This document shows, one piece after another, positions 17,799-28,023 of a stretch of 36,097 bases of DNA. Origin of the DNA: a virus (taxonomy: Duplodnaviria; Heunggongvirae; Uroviricota; Caudoviricetes); IMG/VR virus record IMGVR_UViG_2526164667_000029. The stretch is one strand, 5' to 3'. How positions within the stretch are numbered: position 1 is the stretch's first letter; the number at the start of each line of letters is the position of its first letter. The notes under the pieces are model-generated. The model was not told where the DNA came from, did no database searches, and worked only from the letters and a program-made list of their open reading frames with translations. The position numbers were made by a program, and so were the translations under genes.

Positions 17799-18376
17799 GC
17801 GCTGAACTCATGCGACTGCTGAGCAACATCATCCGTACCGGGATCATCTCTGAAGTTGACGAGAAGTCCTGGCGCGTGCGCGTTCGCAGCGGCGAACTGG
17901 AAACAGGCTGGCTGCGCTGGAACACCACGCGCGCGGGTGCCTTCAATGTGTGGCTGCCGCCATCACCAGGCGAACAGGTGGTAATTGCCTGCATCGGCGG
18001 CAACCCGGAAACCGCCATGATAATTGGCAGTCTGTGGAGTGATGCCATTCCGGCACCCGGCAAAAGCCTGAAAGAAATCGTGGTCAGCGCGCCGGATGGC
18101 GCGGTGTTCCGCTACGACGCGGACGCAGGCGCACTGAGCGCCAGCGGCATGAAAACGGCCACTTTGCAGGCATCCGTCAGTGTGACACTGGACACACCTG
18201 TCGTGGAATGCACAGACCTTCTGAGAACAGCGACGCTTGACGTCACAAAAGGAGGAAAGATGAGCGGCAATATCACGCACAGCGGCGGCAACTTCACCTC
18301 AAACGGCATTACCGTGCATACGCATAAACACGGTGGCGTGAAAGGCGGCAGCGATTCGACAGGAGGCCCGCAGTGA
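17795..18376 (+). CDS. V: Baseplate spike (P2 gpV-like)
   Basis: IRTGIISEVD, VHTHKHGG and a C-terminal Gly-rich tail resemble gpV. Confidence 0.85.
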   Translation: MSAELMRLLSNIIRTGIISEVDEKSWRVRVRSGELETGWLRWNTTRAGAFNVWLPPSPGEQVVIACIGGNPETAMIIGSLWSDAIPAPGKSLKEIVVSAPDGAVFRYDADAGALSASGMKTATLQASVSVTLDTPVVECTDLLRTATLDVTKGGKMSGNITHSGGNFTSNGITVHTHKHGGVKGGSDSTGGPQ

Positions 18377-18723
18377 CAACCCGCTACACAGGAATGAATC
18401 CGGACGGGACGGGAAACCTGAACGATATGGAGCACCTGAAACAGTCAGTCAGGGATATCCTGACCACCCCGCTGGCAAGCCGGGTTATGCGACGGGAATA
18501 TGGCAGCCTTGTGCCTGATTTGATTGACGAACCCATGAATAACACCACGCGTCTGCAATGCATGAGTGCTGCCGTGATTGCGCTGACACGATGGGAACCC
18601 CGCATTGCCCTGGATGCCATCGACGTTGTCTGGAAAGCGGGAGGCCGCGCCGGGGTGACGCTGTCGGGCACTGTCATGCAGACCATGCAGAATGTTGAGT
18701 TAACCATCACGCTGAGGGAGTAA
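18373..18723 (+). CDS. W: Baseplate protein (P2 gpW-like)
   Basis: 116 aa, position and size. Confidence 0.8.
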   Translation: MTTRYTGMNPDGTGNLNDMEHLKQSVRDILTTPLASRVMRREYGSLVPDLIDEPMNNTTRLQCMSAAVIALTRWEPRIALDAIDVVWKAGGRAGVTLSGTVMQTMQNVELTITLRE

Positions 18724-18726
18724 ATC

Positions 18727-19623
18727 ATGCCCGCCGTTGACCTTTCCCAGTTACCGGAACCCGCCATCATCGCGGAGCCTGACTTTGAGGCAATTCTGGC
18801 TGACACAAAGGCCATGATGATTGCGGCTTATCCCGCCGAACAGCGTGAAGCCGTCTCCGCCGCGCTGGAGCTGGAATCGGAACCCCTGAACGTTATCGCC
18901 CAGACAACAGCGTTTCGTGAAATGCTGTTACGCCAGCGGGTCAATGAGGGGGCACGCGCCTGCATGTTAAGCCACAGCGCCGGGACAGACCTGGACAACC
19001 TCGCGGGCAATATGAACACAAAACGCCTGACCATCACTCCGGCAACGGATACCACCGACGCAGTGATGGAAAGTGACACCTCGCTGAGACTGCGGGCGCA
19101 GCGGGCGTACGATGGCCTGAGTGTTGCTGGCCCGTCAGGTGCATACGAGTATTTTGCACGCAGCGCCAGCGGTCTGGTGCGTGATGCGCGGGCCATCAGC
19201 CCGTCTCCGGCCTGTGTGACGGTTTCCATCCTGTCCACTGAAGGCGACGGCACAGCAACGGAGGCGTTGCTTAATACCGTTCGCGCCGTTCTGAATGCAG
19301 AAGATACCCGCCCGGTGGCCGACCGCCTGACCGTACAGAGCGCCAGAATCGTGACATGGCGGCTGAATGCAAAACTGTACTTTTACCCCGGCCCGGAATC
19401 CGAACCTATTCTGGCCGCGGCTGAATCGTCGTTCAGGAAGTGGCTGGCTGAGCAGGGGCTTATCGGTCAGGACGTGGCGTTGTCCGCCATTGCTGCCGCA
19501 CTGCATGTGCACGGTGTGCAACGCGTGGAGATAATCGAACCCACACAGAATATGGCCATCAGCGACATACAGGCGGCGCGCTGTGAGTCATTCACCATCA
19601 GCGAAGGTGGGCGCAATGAGTAA
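18727..19623 (+). CDS. J: Baseplate wedge protein (P2 gpJ-like)
   Basis: 298 aa, position and size. Confidence 0.85.
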   Translation: MPAVDLSQLPEPAIIAEPDFEAILADTKAMMIAAYPAEQREAVSAALELESEPLNVIAQTTAFREMLLRQRVNEGARACMLSHSAGTDLDNLAGNMNTKRLTITPATDTTDAVMESDTSLRLRAQRAYDGLSVAGPSGAYEYFARSASGLVRDARAISPSPACVTVSILSTEGDGTATEALLNTVRAVLNAEDTRPVADRLTVQSARIVTWRLNAKLYFYPGPESEPILAAAESSFRKWLAEQGLIGQDVALSAIAAALHVHGVQRVEIIEPTQNMAISDIQAARCESFTISEGGRNE

Positions 19624-20146
19624 TTCGTTGTTACCACCATCAGCCAGCAATTTCATGCGTTATGCCGAAGCCGTCGGAACACGCATTACAGACATTCCGG
19701 TAGACCTCAACACGCTGTGGTCGCCGGACACCTGCCCGGTGCACCTGCTGCCTTATCTCGCCTGGGCATTTTCCGTTGACCGCTGGGATCGCAACTGGCC
19801 GGAAGAGACAAAGCGACAGGTGATTCGTGACGCATGGCTGATACACCGACACAAAGGGACCATCAGCGCACTGCGCCGGGCCATTGAGCCGCTGGGATAC
19901 CTCATTCGTGTGTCTGAGTGGTGGGAGTTCGGCGGAGAACCGGGAACATTTACCGTTGAAGTCGGCACGCTGGACAGTGGCGTGACGGAGGAAATGTATC
20001 TGGAAATGGAGCGGTTGATTGCTGATGCCCGCCCAGTCAGCCGCCACATGACAGGGCTGAATATCATTCAGGAGATCCCGGGGGATATTTTCGCGGCGGC
20101 AGCAACTTACGACGGTGAAGTCATTACCATTTATCCGGACGATTAA
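19616..20146 (+). CDS. I: Baseplate protein (P2 gpI-like)
   Basis: Start MSNSLLPP at 19616 overlapping the J stop. Confidence 0.8.
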   Translation: MSNSLLPPSASNFMRYAEAVGTRITDIPVDLNTLWSPDTCPVHLLPYLAWAFSVDRWDRNWPEETKRQVIRDAWLIHRHKGTISALRRAIEPLGYLIRVSEWWEFGGEPGTFTVEVGTLDSGVTEEMYLEMERLIADARPVSRHMTGLNIIQEIPGDIFAAAATYDGEVITIYPDD

Positions 20147-20148
20147 GC

Positions 20149-22281
20149 ATGAGTACCACAACACGAAAATTTAAAACCATTATCACTGATACTGGTGCCA
20201 AAAAATTAGCTCAGGCAGCCGCGCCAGATGGTAATCCTGTCCGCCTGACTCACATGGCCGTGGGCGACGGTGGCGGCACGTTGCCCACACCAGACAGTAA
20301 GCAGACCCGTCTGGTGCATGAGGTGTGGCGACATACTGTTAATCGCGTCATCCTGGACGCAACACATCAGAACCGCATTATTGCGGAGCTGGTTATTCCT
20401 CCTGAAACGGGAGGATTCTGGATCCGGGAAATTGGTGTGTTTGATGAGCACGGCGATTTAATCGCGGTGGGCAATACTGCCGAAAGTTACAAGCCAGCCG
20501 TTGCCGAAGGGTCCGGACGTGCACAAACATTTCGCACCATTCTGACAGTATCCAGCACTGCCACCGTGGCGCTTACCGTGGATAACACCATGGTTATGGC
20601 CACAGTGGATTACGTGGATAACAAACTGAAAGAGCATGAACAGTCACGACGTCACCCGGATGCCTCGCTGACCGCAAAAGGCTTTGTTCAACTCAGTAGC
20701 GCCACTAACAGCGATTCTGAAACGCTGGCTGCAACGCCGAAAGCGGTTAAGGTCGCGTATGATCTTGCTAACGGAAAATATACAGCGCAGGATGCCACAA
20801 CAGCGCGAAAAGGCCTTGTCCAGCTTAGTAGTGCAACCAACAGTACATCTGAAACGCTGGCGGCAACATCAAATGCAGTAAAAGCTGCCTATGACAATGC
20901 TGAAAAACGTCTGCAGAAAGCTAAGAATGGTGAGGATATCTCTGACAAAGACACCTTTACGAAAAATATCGGTGCCTGCCGTGCATATAGTGCAGAGCTG
21001 AATATTGGTGGAGATAGTGAAGCATGGACAACTGCGCAGTTGATTTTTTGGCTAGAGAGTCAGGGGGCATTTAACCATCCTTACTGGATGTGCAAAGGCT
21101 CATGGGCTTATGCAAGTAATAAGGTCATTACAGATACAGGTTGCGGAAATATTTGTCTTGCAGGTGCTGTTGTGGAAGTTATTGGCACCCGCGGCGCAAT
21201 GACCATACGCATTACCACACCGAGTACATCCAGCGGTGAAGGCATCCCTAATGCTCAATTTACTTATATTAATCATGGTGATGCTTATGCTCCTGGCTGG
21301 CGAAGGGACTATAACTCCAGGAATAAGCCAACAGCATCAGAGATCGGGGCGTTACCGTCAGATGGGACAGCAGTATCGTCAGTTAATCTGGCTTCAAAAG
21401 GTCGGCTGACCGCCCTGACAGATAATATGCAGGGGGCCACAGGTCTGGAGTTATACGAGGCGTATAACAACGGATATCCAACAACGTATGGAAATATCAT
21501 TCACCTGAAAGGGATGACAGCCGTTGGCGAAGGTGAGTTACTCATCGGCTGGAGTGGTACAAGCGGTGCTCATGCTCCGGCATTTATTCGTTCACGACGG
21601 GATACGATCGACGCAAACTGGTCGCCGTGGGCGCAGCTTTACACCTCGGCTCATCCTCCTGCAGAGTTTTATCCAGTCGGTGCACCAATCCCGTGGCCAT
21701 CAGATACCGTTCCGTCTGGTTATGCCCTGATGCAGGGGCAGACTTTTGACAAATCTGCATACCCGAAACTTGCAGCCGCTTATCCGTCAGGCGTGATCCC
21801 TGATATGCGTGGCTGGACGATTAAGGGCAAACCTGCCAGTGGTCGGGCCGTATTGTCTCAGGAACAGGACGGCATAAAATCGCACACCCACAGCGCCAGC
21901 GCATCCAGTACGGATTTGGGGACGAAAACCACATCGTCGTTTGATTACGGTACTAAAACGACCAGTTCATTTGATTACGGCACAAAAACCACAAATAGCG
22001 CAGGAGCTCATTCACACAATATACCTGTTGGTCACACTGGCGCGGGGAATGGTGTATCAGCCGGTTATAACGCTGCGTTAGGTACTGGTACCACGTCGAG
22101 CGCAGGAGAGCATGCTCACAATGTATATATCGGTGCCCATAACCACACTATCGGCATTGGTGCTCATGCCCATTCTGTCATTATTGGTCCCCACGGACAC
22201 ACCATCACCGTTAATGCTACGGGGAACGCAGAAAACACCGTAAAAAACATCGCATTTAACTATATTGTGAGGCTTGCATAA
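20149..22281 (+). CDS. H: Tail fiber protein (gpH-like) with a mosaic C-terminal receptor-binding region
   Basis: N-terminal about 270 aa nearly collinear with remembered P2 gpH, including the duplicated [19 protein letters not shown] motif; C-terminus carries [10 protein letters not shown] x3 and multiple HxH motifs. Confidence 0.9.
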   Translation: MSTTTRKFKTIITDTGAKKLAQAAAPDGNPVRLTHMAVGDGGGTLPTPDSKQTRLVHEVWRHTVNRVILDATHQNRIIAELVIPPETGGFWIREIGVFDEHGDLIAVGNTAESYKPAVAEGSGRAQTFRTILTVSSTATVALTVDNTMVMATVDYVDNKLKEHEQSRRHPDASLTAKGFVQLSSATNSDSETLAATPKAVKVAYDLANGKYTAQDATTARKGLVQLSSATNSTSETLAATSNAVKAAYDNAEKRLQKAKNGEDISDKDTFTKNIGACRAYSAELNIGGDSEAWTTAQLIFWLESQGAFNHPYWMCKGSWAYASNKVITDTGCGNICLAGAVVEVIGTRGAMTIRITTPSTSSGEGIPNAQFTYINHGDAYAPGWRRDYNSRNKPTASEIGALPSDGTAVSSVNLASKGRLTALTDNMQGATGLELYEAYNNGYPTTYGNIIHLKGMTAVGEGELLIGWSGTSGAHAPAFIRSRRDTIDANWSPWAQLYTSAHPPAEFYPVGAPIPWPSDTVPSGYALMQGQTFDKSAYPKLAAAYPSGVIPDMRGWTIKGKPASGRAVLSQEQDGIKSHTHSASASSTDLGTKTTSSFDYGTKTTSSFDYGTKTTNSAGAHSHNIPVGHTGAGNGVSAGYNAALGTGTTSSAGEHAHNVYIGAHNHTIGIGAHAHSVIIGPHGHTITVNATGNAENTVKNIAFNYIVRLA
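21918..21998 (+). repeat. Tandem ~30-bp coding repeats inside H ([10 protein letters not shown] x3)
   Basis: Near-identical consecutive units ending in ttgattacgg. Confidence 0.6.
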
Positions 22282-22859
22282 TGACATTCAGAATGAGTGA
22301 ACAATCACGGACCATAAAAATTTATAATCTACTGACCGGAACCAATGAGTTTATTGGTGAAGGTGATGCATACATTCCACCTCATACAGGTCTGCCTGCA
22401 AACAGTACCGATATTGCCCCGCCAGATATTCCGGCTGGCTTCGTGGCCGTTTTCAACAGTGATGAGGCATCGTGGCATCTCGTTGAAGACCATCGGGGTA
22501 AAACGGTTTATGACGTGGCATCAGGGGACTCGTTATTTATTTCTGAACTCGGTCCGTTACCGGAAAATGTTACCTGGTTGTCGCCGTATGGAGAGTATCA
22601 GAAGTGGAACGGCACATCCTGGGTGAAAGATGCAGAAGCAGACAAACTATTTCGGATAAGGGAGGCGGAAGAAACAAAAAACAGCCTGATGCAGGTAGCC
22701 AGTGAGCATATTGCACCACTTCAGGATGCTATAGATTTAGATATTGCGACGGAGGAAGAGACATCGTTACTGGCTGCATGGAAGACATATCGAGTATTGT
22801 TGCATCGTGTTGATACAACAGTAGCAGCAGATATTGAGTGGCCAGTCGCCCCACAATAA
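22281..22859 (+). CDS. G: Tail fiber assembly chaperone (gpG/Tfa-like)
   Basis: 192 aa directly after H, start overlapping the H stop. Confidence 0.8.
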   Translation: MTFRMSEQSRTIKIYNLLTGTNEFIGEGDAYIPPHTGLPANSTDIAPPDIPAGFVAVFNSDEASWHLVEDHRGKTVYDVASGDSLFISELGPLPENVTWLSPYGEYQKWNGTSWVKDAEADKLFRIREAEETKNSLMQVASEHIAPLQDAIDLDIATEEETSLLAAWKTYRVLLHRVDTTVAADIEWPVAPQ

Positions 22860-22864
22860 AAAGA

Positions 22865-22895
22865 AAAAGCCATCGATAGAAATATCGATGGCTTT
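22865..22895. terminator. Bidirectional intrinsic terminator between convergent G and the acetyltransferase gene
   Basis: Inverted repeat aaagccatcgata-gaaa-tatcgatggcttt with A/T runs on both sides. Confidence 0.6.
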
Positions 22896-22902
22896 ATGTA
22901 CT

Positions 22903-23508
22903 CTATTTATACAATACAGCACCGCTCTTTTTAGTTATATATGTGCAGTTCGATGGTATATCTTTATTTATAAAAGACATTGCACCTATTTTTACATTAT
23001 CCCCAATTTTACGGGATAATCCAATGATGCAACAATTAGCTCCGATATCAACGTTGCTACCAATTTTTACTCTTGAACCAGGTATGTCACCATCTATCTG
23101 TCCAATGGTCGTATTCTGTCGTAACACCAGATTTTCACCAGCATCAACAGCAAAATGAACAACAATTCCAGCATGATGGGGAATTGTTAACCCTTTTCCA
23201 ATATTTGCGCCCAATCCAATTTCACAACCAAATTTGTTAATTATTTTACTGTTTAACTTTTTGGCTGCTTTCTTATGTAATTTATTACCATTAATATACA
23301 TTTCGTTAGCCAACCGCCACCAGAAAAGGAAATTCCGGTTACGCTGTTTTTTCTCTCTTAAAAGCCTCCAGATATCCATACGTTTCCGCCGAATTACTTC
23401 ATATTTCCAGAAGTTTTTTAAATTAGTAGAGTTCCCAAATAAAACAAAGTGAATTGCCATTAAGTAAGACAGCACGATAATCTCCTTAATTATTATTTCA
23501 GACGACAC
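22903..23508 (-). CDS. Hexapeptide-repeat (left-handed beta-helix) acetyltransferase, CysE/WcaB-like moron
   Basis: Hexapeptide pattern IGKGLTIPHHAGIVVHFAVDAGENLVLRQNTTIGQ...IGSNVDIGANCCIIG...IGDNVKIGAMSFI; strongly AT-rich compared with flanking phage genes. Confidence 0.75.
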   Translation of the reverse strand: MSSEIIIKEIIVLSYLMAIHFVLFGNSTNLKNFWKYEVIRRKRMDIWRLLREKKQRNRNFLFWWRLANEMYINGNKLHKKAAKKLNSKIINKFGCEIGLGANIGKGLTIPHHAGIVVHFAVDAGENLVLRQNTTIGQIDGDIPGSRVKIGSNVDIGANCCIIGLSRKIGDNVKIGAMSFINKDIPSNCTYITKKSGAVLYK

Positions 23509-23631
23509 ATATTATAAGGTTAAGAGATTATAAAATCCTGTTGTTTGTTATTCAAAAACAATTTTCTGAGAAGGACATACAACAGCAAGTCGCCAGTCAC
23601 CTTCATCAGGAAATTGGCGACATACGTTAAA

Positions 23632-24126
23632 TCAGAGCAGCCCCTTAACTGAGCTGGTCGCGCTATTAAGGGATGATGTCACCTTATCTTTGAAGCCGGA
23701 CAACATATCGCTGAACGATGAGGATTGCAGGCGCTCCCGCAAATCCTCATCACAGCGTTCAAGAGTCAGTGAAAATTCTATCTTTTTCGCCTTACCGTAG
23801 CGATCAAACTCGGAACGGGTCGTATTCGTTCCGGTCAGGACATACATGCCGTAAATCTGCCCGACGCCATCAATCAAAGGCCAGGGTCGTCCTGTATACG
23901 CCTGCGTGGTCAGCAGCGACAGCGACACTTCGCCACCTGTAATTTCAGGATAAAGCACACCAGAAAGAACGATGCGATCATCACCTGCACCGATATACTG
24001 CCAGCTTGCTGAACGGTTAACGCGTTCATTTTTCACATGCCGCCAGCTTTTGTTTTGCTGTAACTGCTGATGCGGCAGCGTGCGCAGCTCAAAAACAAAC
24101 ATGCCGTAGATCATCATCATGGCCAT
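23632..24126 (-). CDS. U: Tail protein (P2 gpU-like)
   Basis: 164 aa immediately downstream of the tape measure gene on the minus strand. Confidence 0.7.
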   Translation of the reverse strand: MAMMMIYGMFVFELRTLPHQQLQQNKSWRHVKNERVNRSASWQYIGAGDDRIVLSGVLYPEITGGEVSLSLLTTQAYTGRPWPLIDGVGQIYGMYVLTGTNTTRSEFDRYGKAKKIEFSLTLERCDEDLRERLQSSSFSDMLSGFKDKVTSSLNSATSSVKGLL

Positions 24127-24132
24127 GACTCC

Positions 24133-26976
24133 TCAATCTTTATCGTAAAAACTGCCACGCCCGGCACGGGCGCGCCGTTCCATTTCTGCCCTGACCATTT
24201 CACCGACCAGTTTCGCCAGTTCGCGGGGATTCTGCGTAACAACGTTATGCAGATGAACATGAATTTCACCACCAAATTCGGAGGCAACAGGCTCCCGGTT
24301 ACGGGAAGTTACAGGAACTGATGCCACTGGAGATCGTATAGCCTCCGCCACCGGGCGGGAGCTGGCCGCAACAACAGTGACCAGCGCCGGAGGCAGCGGA
24401 GCCGGGACCACGGGTGTGATATTAATTGCGGGGGCAGGCTTACTGACCTGCGCAATCTTCCGCTCCTGCCACTCCCCACGAACAGCAAGTGCCCGGGGCA
24501 GGTTTTTAAAGACAATATCGCCGGGGCCAATGCGTTTTTTCGTCTCCTCAACCAGCTTACCTGTGTTATCAGCAATTTTGCTGAGTCTGCGCAGCGTACC
24601 GGTATTGCTGTCTGTGAGCGGTTTATTGTCTTTGGGGTTATCACCTCCGGTGCCATTGCCATTTTCCACAGGCTTCGGCGGATTGATTTTCGCCAGGTCC
24701 CCCTGAAGCAAGGCAACCTTGTCCTGAAGAATGGCCGCACGCTGTGCGTCTTCGATTTTCTTGCGCGCCCTTTCCGCTTCATCCGGAAGCACACCAAGCT
24801 TTTCAAGTATCCACGCCAGCGTATCCAGCAACATTTTTGCAGGTGTCAGAACAAGTTGTAACGCACCGCCAAGAACGTTACCGAATATCTCGCCAGCACT
24901 GGTACATTTATCCAGAGTTTCCTTGCTGGACTCCATCGGTGACAGCAGCGATTTAAACCAGTTAAACACCTGGCTGATCCCACTCCCGATTGCGTCAAAA
25001 ACAGGACTAAACCGTTCAAAGGTTTCGCGCAACGGGGTCAGCCTTTCCATAATCCCGCTGAACACCCCGGCAAAAAATGCCCTGATGGGATCCCAGTATT
25101 TCCAGATAAGAACGGCAGCTCCGGCAAGCGCAGCCACGATAAGACCAACCGGACTGAACAACGCCCCGATAGCGCCTCCCAGCAAAGAAACGGAACCCGT
25201 CACCATTCCCCATAGTGCTGGCAGAACCCTGACAGCATTCATTGATCCGGTCAGGAGGGAAAAACCAAGACGCAGTTTTGCCAGCGGGCCAGCAAGCACA
25301 CCAATAGCCAGCGACAACGAGCCAACCGTTGCAGTCATTGCCAGCAGTGCACCGCCTGCAATCAGTAGCTGGCGCGTCAGTGCGGGATGGGCCTGCGCCA
25401 GCGCCGTCACCTTTGATACCACACGCGTGAGCCACTGCGTGACAGAACGCAGCGGACCGTCAATCAGATCTGCAATGCGGATGCGCAACCCTTCCCATGC
25501 ACTGCTGAGTGATTTCAGATCGCCGTCAAGGTTGTTGGCCATAACCTTTGCCGTGCGTTCAGCCTCACCGCGCGCACCTTCAAGTTCTTTTCTCAGTTTG
25601 GGTAAGGAGCCGTCACCTGCCGCATCAACGAGGGCCATAAATGATGTGAAAGCCTCTTCTCCGGCAATGTCCTTAAAGAACGATACCCGGTCAACTTCCC
25701 CGTATTTGCGGGTAGCTTTATAAAGGTCAGCCAGCACATCCTCCATCGGACGCATTTTGCCCCCGGCATCCGAGACAGACACGCCAAGCTCTTTCAGCGC
25801 CTCTGCTGCCGCCTTTGGCGGTGATGCCAGACGAGCCAGGCTGGCACGCATTGCCGTCCCGGCATCACTCCCTCTGATACCCATATTCGCCAGCACGCCC
25901 GCCATCGCTGCGGCCTGCTCCAGCGATATTCCCAGCTTGCCCGCCACCGGACCTGCATATTTCATGGTTTCGCCCAGTGCGCGAAGGTCAGTGTTGGTAC
26001 GGGTAAATGCTGCGGTGAGCGTGTCGCCAACCCGGTCCATCTGGTCAGCAGAAAGGCCGAACTGCGTCAGGATATTTGAGCCAATATCCGCCGTCTCGCC
26101 GAGATCCATGCCGCCAGCCGTTGCCATGCTCAGCACGCCCGGAAGCGCAGCCTGAATGGCCTGCGGAGTGAAGCCAGCCATTGCAAGAAATGCCTGCCCA
26201 CTGGCGGCATCGCCTGCGGTGAACTGCGTTTCAGAGCCAAGTTTTAACGCCTGCTCACGCAGCGCCTTAAACTGCGGGCTGTTTTTGTCGATTCGCGTCA
26301 GTGCCTGAACGCGGGACATCTCTTTGCCGAACCCGATCGCAGGCTGTAAAAAACGCCCGGCAGCATAGCCGCCAGCCGCTGCCGCACCAATTGCCAGCGC
26401 ACCACCTGTTTTCAGTTTTCCCGCGGTTTCCTGCACGCGCGAATACCGCTCACGCGCCCGCGTTACACGCGCAAGCGCCTGCCGTTCGCGTTCAAGCTGG
26501 TTGTTGTACTGTTCGGTGCGTCTGATGGCCTGCTGGATGGTGTTATCGCTGCCTGTCAGGGAAATGCCGTGGCGTTTCAGCTCTCCGCCAAGCTCCCGCA
26601 TTTTCTGAATTTCCCGTGTGCGCGATTCATTCAGGCGTTCAAGCCGGGTGCTTAACTGCTGCATCAGCTTTTGTTGTTTTTCGCTGAGCACTGTACCCGT
26701 GCGTTGTAACTGATTAAGGGCGTTAAGCTGGCGTCGTGCTTTCACGATACCCGCATCCGCTTTACTGACAGCGTCGCGGGCGCGCTCAAATGAACGCGCC
26801 TGACGCTCGAGATTTTTGATCGCCCCCTGCGTTCGCTGGATGGAGTCACCAAACTGCCCCATCAGGCGGCGGGCGTTTTCGGCAGGCCGGGTCAGCCTGT
26901 CAACGGCGCTGAAAGCGACCCGGATATCAAGAGTCTTCATTGTCTGCATTCCCGCTGCGAAGTGCCGCCCGCTCAC
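24133..26976 (-). CDS. T: Tail tape measure protein (gpT-like)
   Basis: 947 aa, Ala/Gly-rich with coiled-coil-like N-terminal part and hydrophobic stretches; exact start uncertain. Confidence 0.85.
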   Translation of the reverse strand: MSGRHFAAGMQTMKTLDIRVAFSAVDRLTRPAENARRLMGQFGDSIQRTQGAIKNLERQARSFERARDAVSKADAGIVKARRQLNALNQLQRTGTVLSEKQQKLMQQLSTRLERLNESRTREIQKMRELGGELKRHGISLTGSDNTIQQAIRRTEQYNNQLERERQALARVTRARERYSRVQETAGKLKTGGALAIGAAAAGGYAAGRFLQPAIGFGKEMSRVQALTRIDKNSPQFKALREQALKLGSETQFTAGDAASGQAFLAMAGFTPQAIQAALPGVLSMATAGGMDLGETADIGSNILTQFGLSADQMDRVGDTLTAAFTRTNTDLRALGETMKYAGPVAGKLGISLEQAAAMAGVLANMGIRGSDAGTAMRASLARLASPPKAAAEALKELGVSVSDAGGKMRPMEDVLADLYKATRKYGEVDRVSFFKDIAGEEAFTSFMALVDAAGDGSLPKLRKELEGARGEAERTAKVMANNLDGDLKSLSSAWEGLRIRIADLIDGPLRSVTQWLTRVVSKVTALAQAHPALTRQLLIAGGALLAMTATVGSLSLAIGVLAGPLAKLRLGFSLLTGSMNAVRVLPALWGMVTGSVSLLGGAIGALFSPVGLIVAALAGAAVLIWKYWDPIRAFFAGVFSGIMERLTPLRETFERFSPVFDAIGSGISQVFNWFKSLLSPMESSKETLDKCTSAGEIFGNVLGGALQLVLTPAKMLLDTLAWILEKLGVLPDEAERARKKIEDAQRAAILQDKVALLQGDLAKINPPKPVENGNGTGGDNPKDNKPLTDSNTGTLRRLSKIADNTGKLVEETKKRIGPGDIVFKNLPRALAVRGEWQERKIAQVSKPAPAINITPVVPAPLPPALVTVVAASSRPVAEAIRSPVASVPVTSRNREPVASEFGGEIHVHLHNVVTQNPRELAKLVGEMVRAEMERRARAGRGSFYDKD

Positions 26977-27163
26977 GCCAGCTAACCACTTCGCCGGGCG
27001 TCATCATGAAGATTTCGGCGGGCGACCAGTTAAAAATAACGGCAATATCTGCCACAAAGTCTTCTATGTGCTCAAAGCACACAACCGTGATCAGGCTTCC
27101 GTCGCCTGTTCGTTCTTCCCGCCAGAGTCCGCACCGCTCAAAAAATTTACGGCAACCACACAT
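26927..27163 (-). CDS. E' frame: -1 frameshift extension of the tail chaperone (gpE+E')
   Basis: ORF in the -1 frame relative to E, overlapping its 3' end; slippery heptamer TTTTTTG on the minus strand at about 27139-27145. Confidence 0.55.
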   Translation of the reverse strand: MCGCRKFFERCGLWREERTGDGSLITVVCFEHIEDFVADIAVIFNWSPAEIFMMTPGEVVSWRERAALRSGNADNEDS

Positions 27164-27456
27164 AACTGAATAAAGTCACGGGATGCCATTTTTTTGATCG
27201 TCACTTCATCCAGTCGCGGTGATGTCACGCGTGACAGCAGCGTAAACATGGATTCCGCTTTCAGATTCAGCACATCAGACAGCGACAAATCTCGCAGAGA
27301 TCCAGCCTGCTCAATAGCTCCGGTGATCTCCACATACGTGATTTTTTCGCCGCCTCGCTCAATTGGTTGGGTAAGTTTTACGCCACGCTCACTGGTTTCT
27401 TTCACAGTGTCAGCAACGACCGTGTTTTCGGTATCGATGTTTTTCGTCTCTTTCAT
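27091..27456 (-). CDS. E: Tail assembly chaperone (P2 gpE-like)
   Basis: 121 aa between tail tube and tape measure genes. Confidence 0.7.
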   Translation of the reverse strand: MKETKNIDTENTVVADTVKETSERGVKLTQPIERGGEKITYVEITGAIEQAGSLRDLSLSDVLNLKAESMFTLLSRVTSPRLDEVTIKKMASRDFIQLCVVAVNFLSGADSGGKNEQATEA

Positions 27457-27510
27457 CAGGAAACTCCTTTCAGTCAGAGGCGACGCACTGCGCCGCCTGC
27501 ATATTACTTA

Positions 27511-28023
27511 TCAGCCAAGCCCGAGCGCGGAACGGATGCGATCGGGCACAATGTCCTTGCCGTCCTTCCGGTAAATGAAGTTCAGCAGGTCAATCTCCCA
27601 CAACGGGCGATCGTTAACACTCAGCTTGTAGTAGGTGTTTTTAATGGCGTAAGTGTGTGATGTGGCTTCGCCCTGTTTGGCTTCCCCCATATCAATTTCC
27701 GTCACACGTCCGCGCATTTCGACTTCATACAGGTCGCTTTCTGCATCGGTGTAATATTCACCCGCAAAACGCAGCAGCGTGCCGTCAATCGTGCCGCCAT
27801 ACTTAAGGAACAGCTCACGAACTGCGCCCCCCATGACAAAGCTCGCATCAAGCGCGGAGTCGTCCAGACCGAGATCAATACTTACCGCACCCATCATGCC
27901 ACCACCCCGGTAGCTGTCGGTTTTGCGCGTCAGCTTAGGCAGAGTGACGGACGTCACCTTACCCACTTCGTTTTCACCATCCACAAACAGCGTAAAAAAG
28001 CGAAGATGTTTTGGCACAGCCAT
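27511..28023 (-). CDS. FII: Tail tube protein (P2 gpFII-like)
   Basis: 170 aa (P2 gpFII about 172 aa), directly downstream of the sheath gene. Confidence 0.85.
   Translation of the reverse strand: MAVPKHLRFFTLFVDGENEVGKVTSVTLPKLTRKTDSYRGGGMMGAVSIDLGLDDSALDASFVMGGAVRELFLKYGGTIDGTLLRFAGEYYTDAESDLYEVEMRGRVTEIDMGEAKQGEATSHTYAIKNTYYKLSVNDRPLWEIDLLNFIYRKDGKDIVPDRIRSALGLG

Noticed and set aside
21900-22000. Possible CRISPR-like repeat
   Set aside because: The repeats are contiguous in-frame coding repeats inside H with no spacers; not a CRISPR array. No CRISPR array is seen anywhere in the window.
24731-25723. 330-aa plus-strand ORF rich in Ser/Ala/Pro
   Set aside because: Antisense to the tape measure gene T; typical low-complexity shadow frame.
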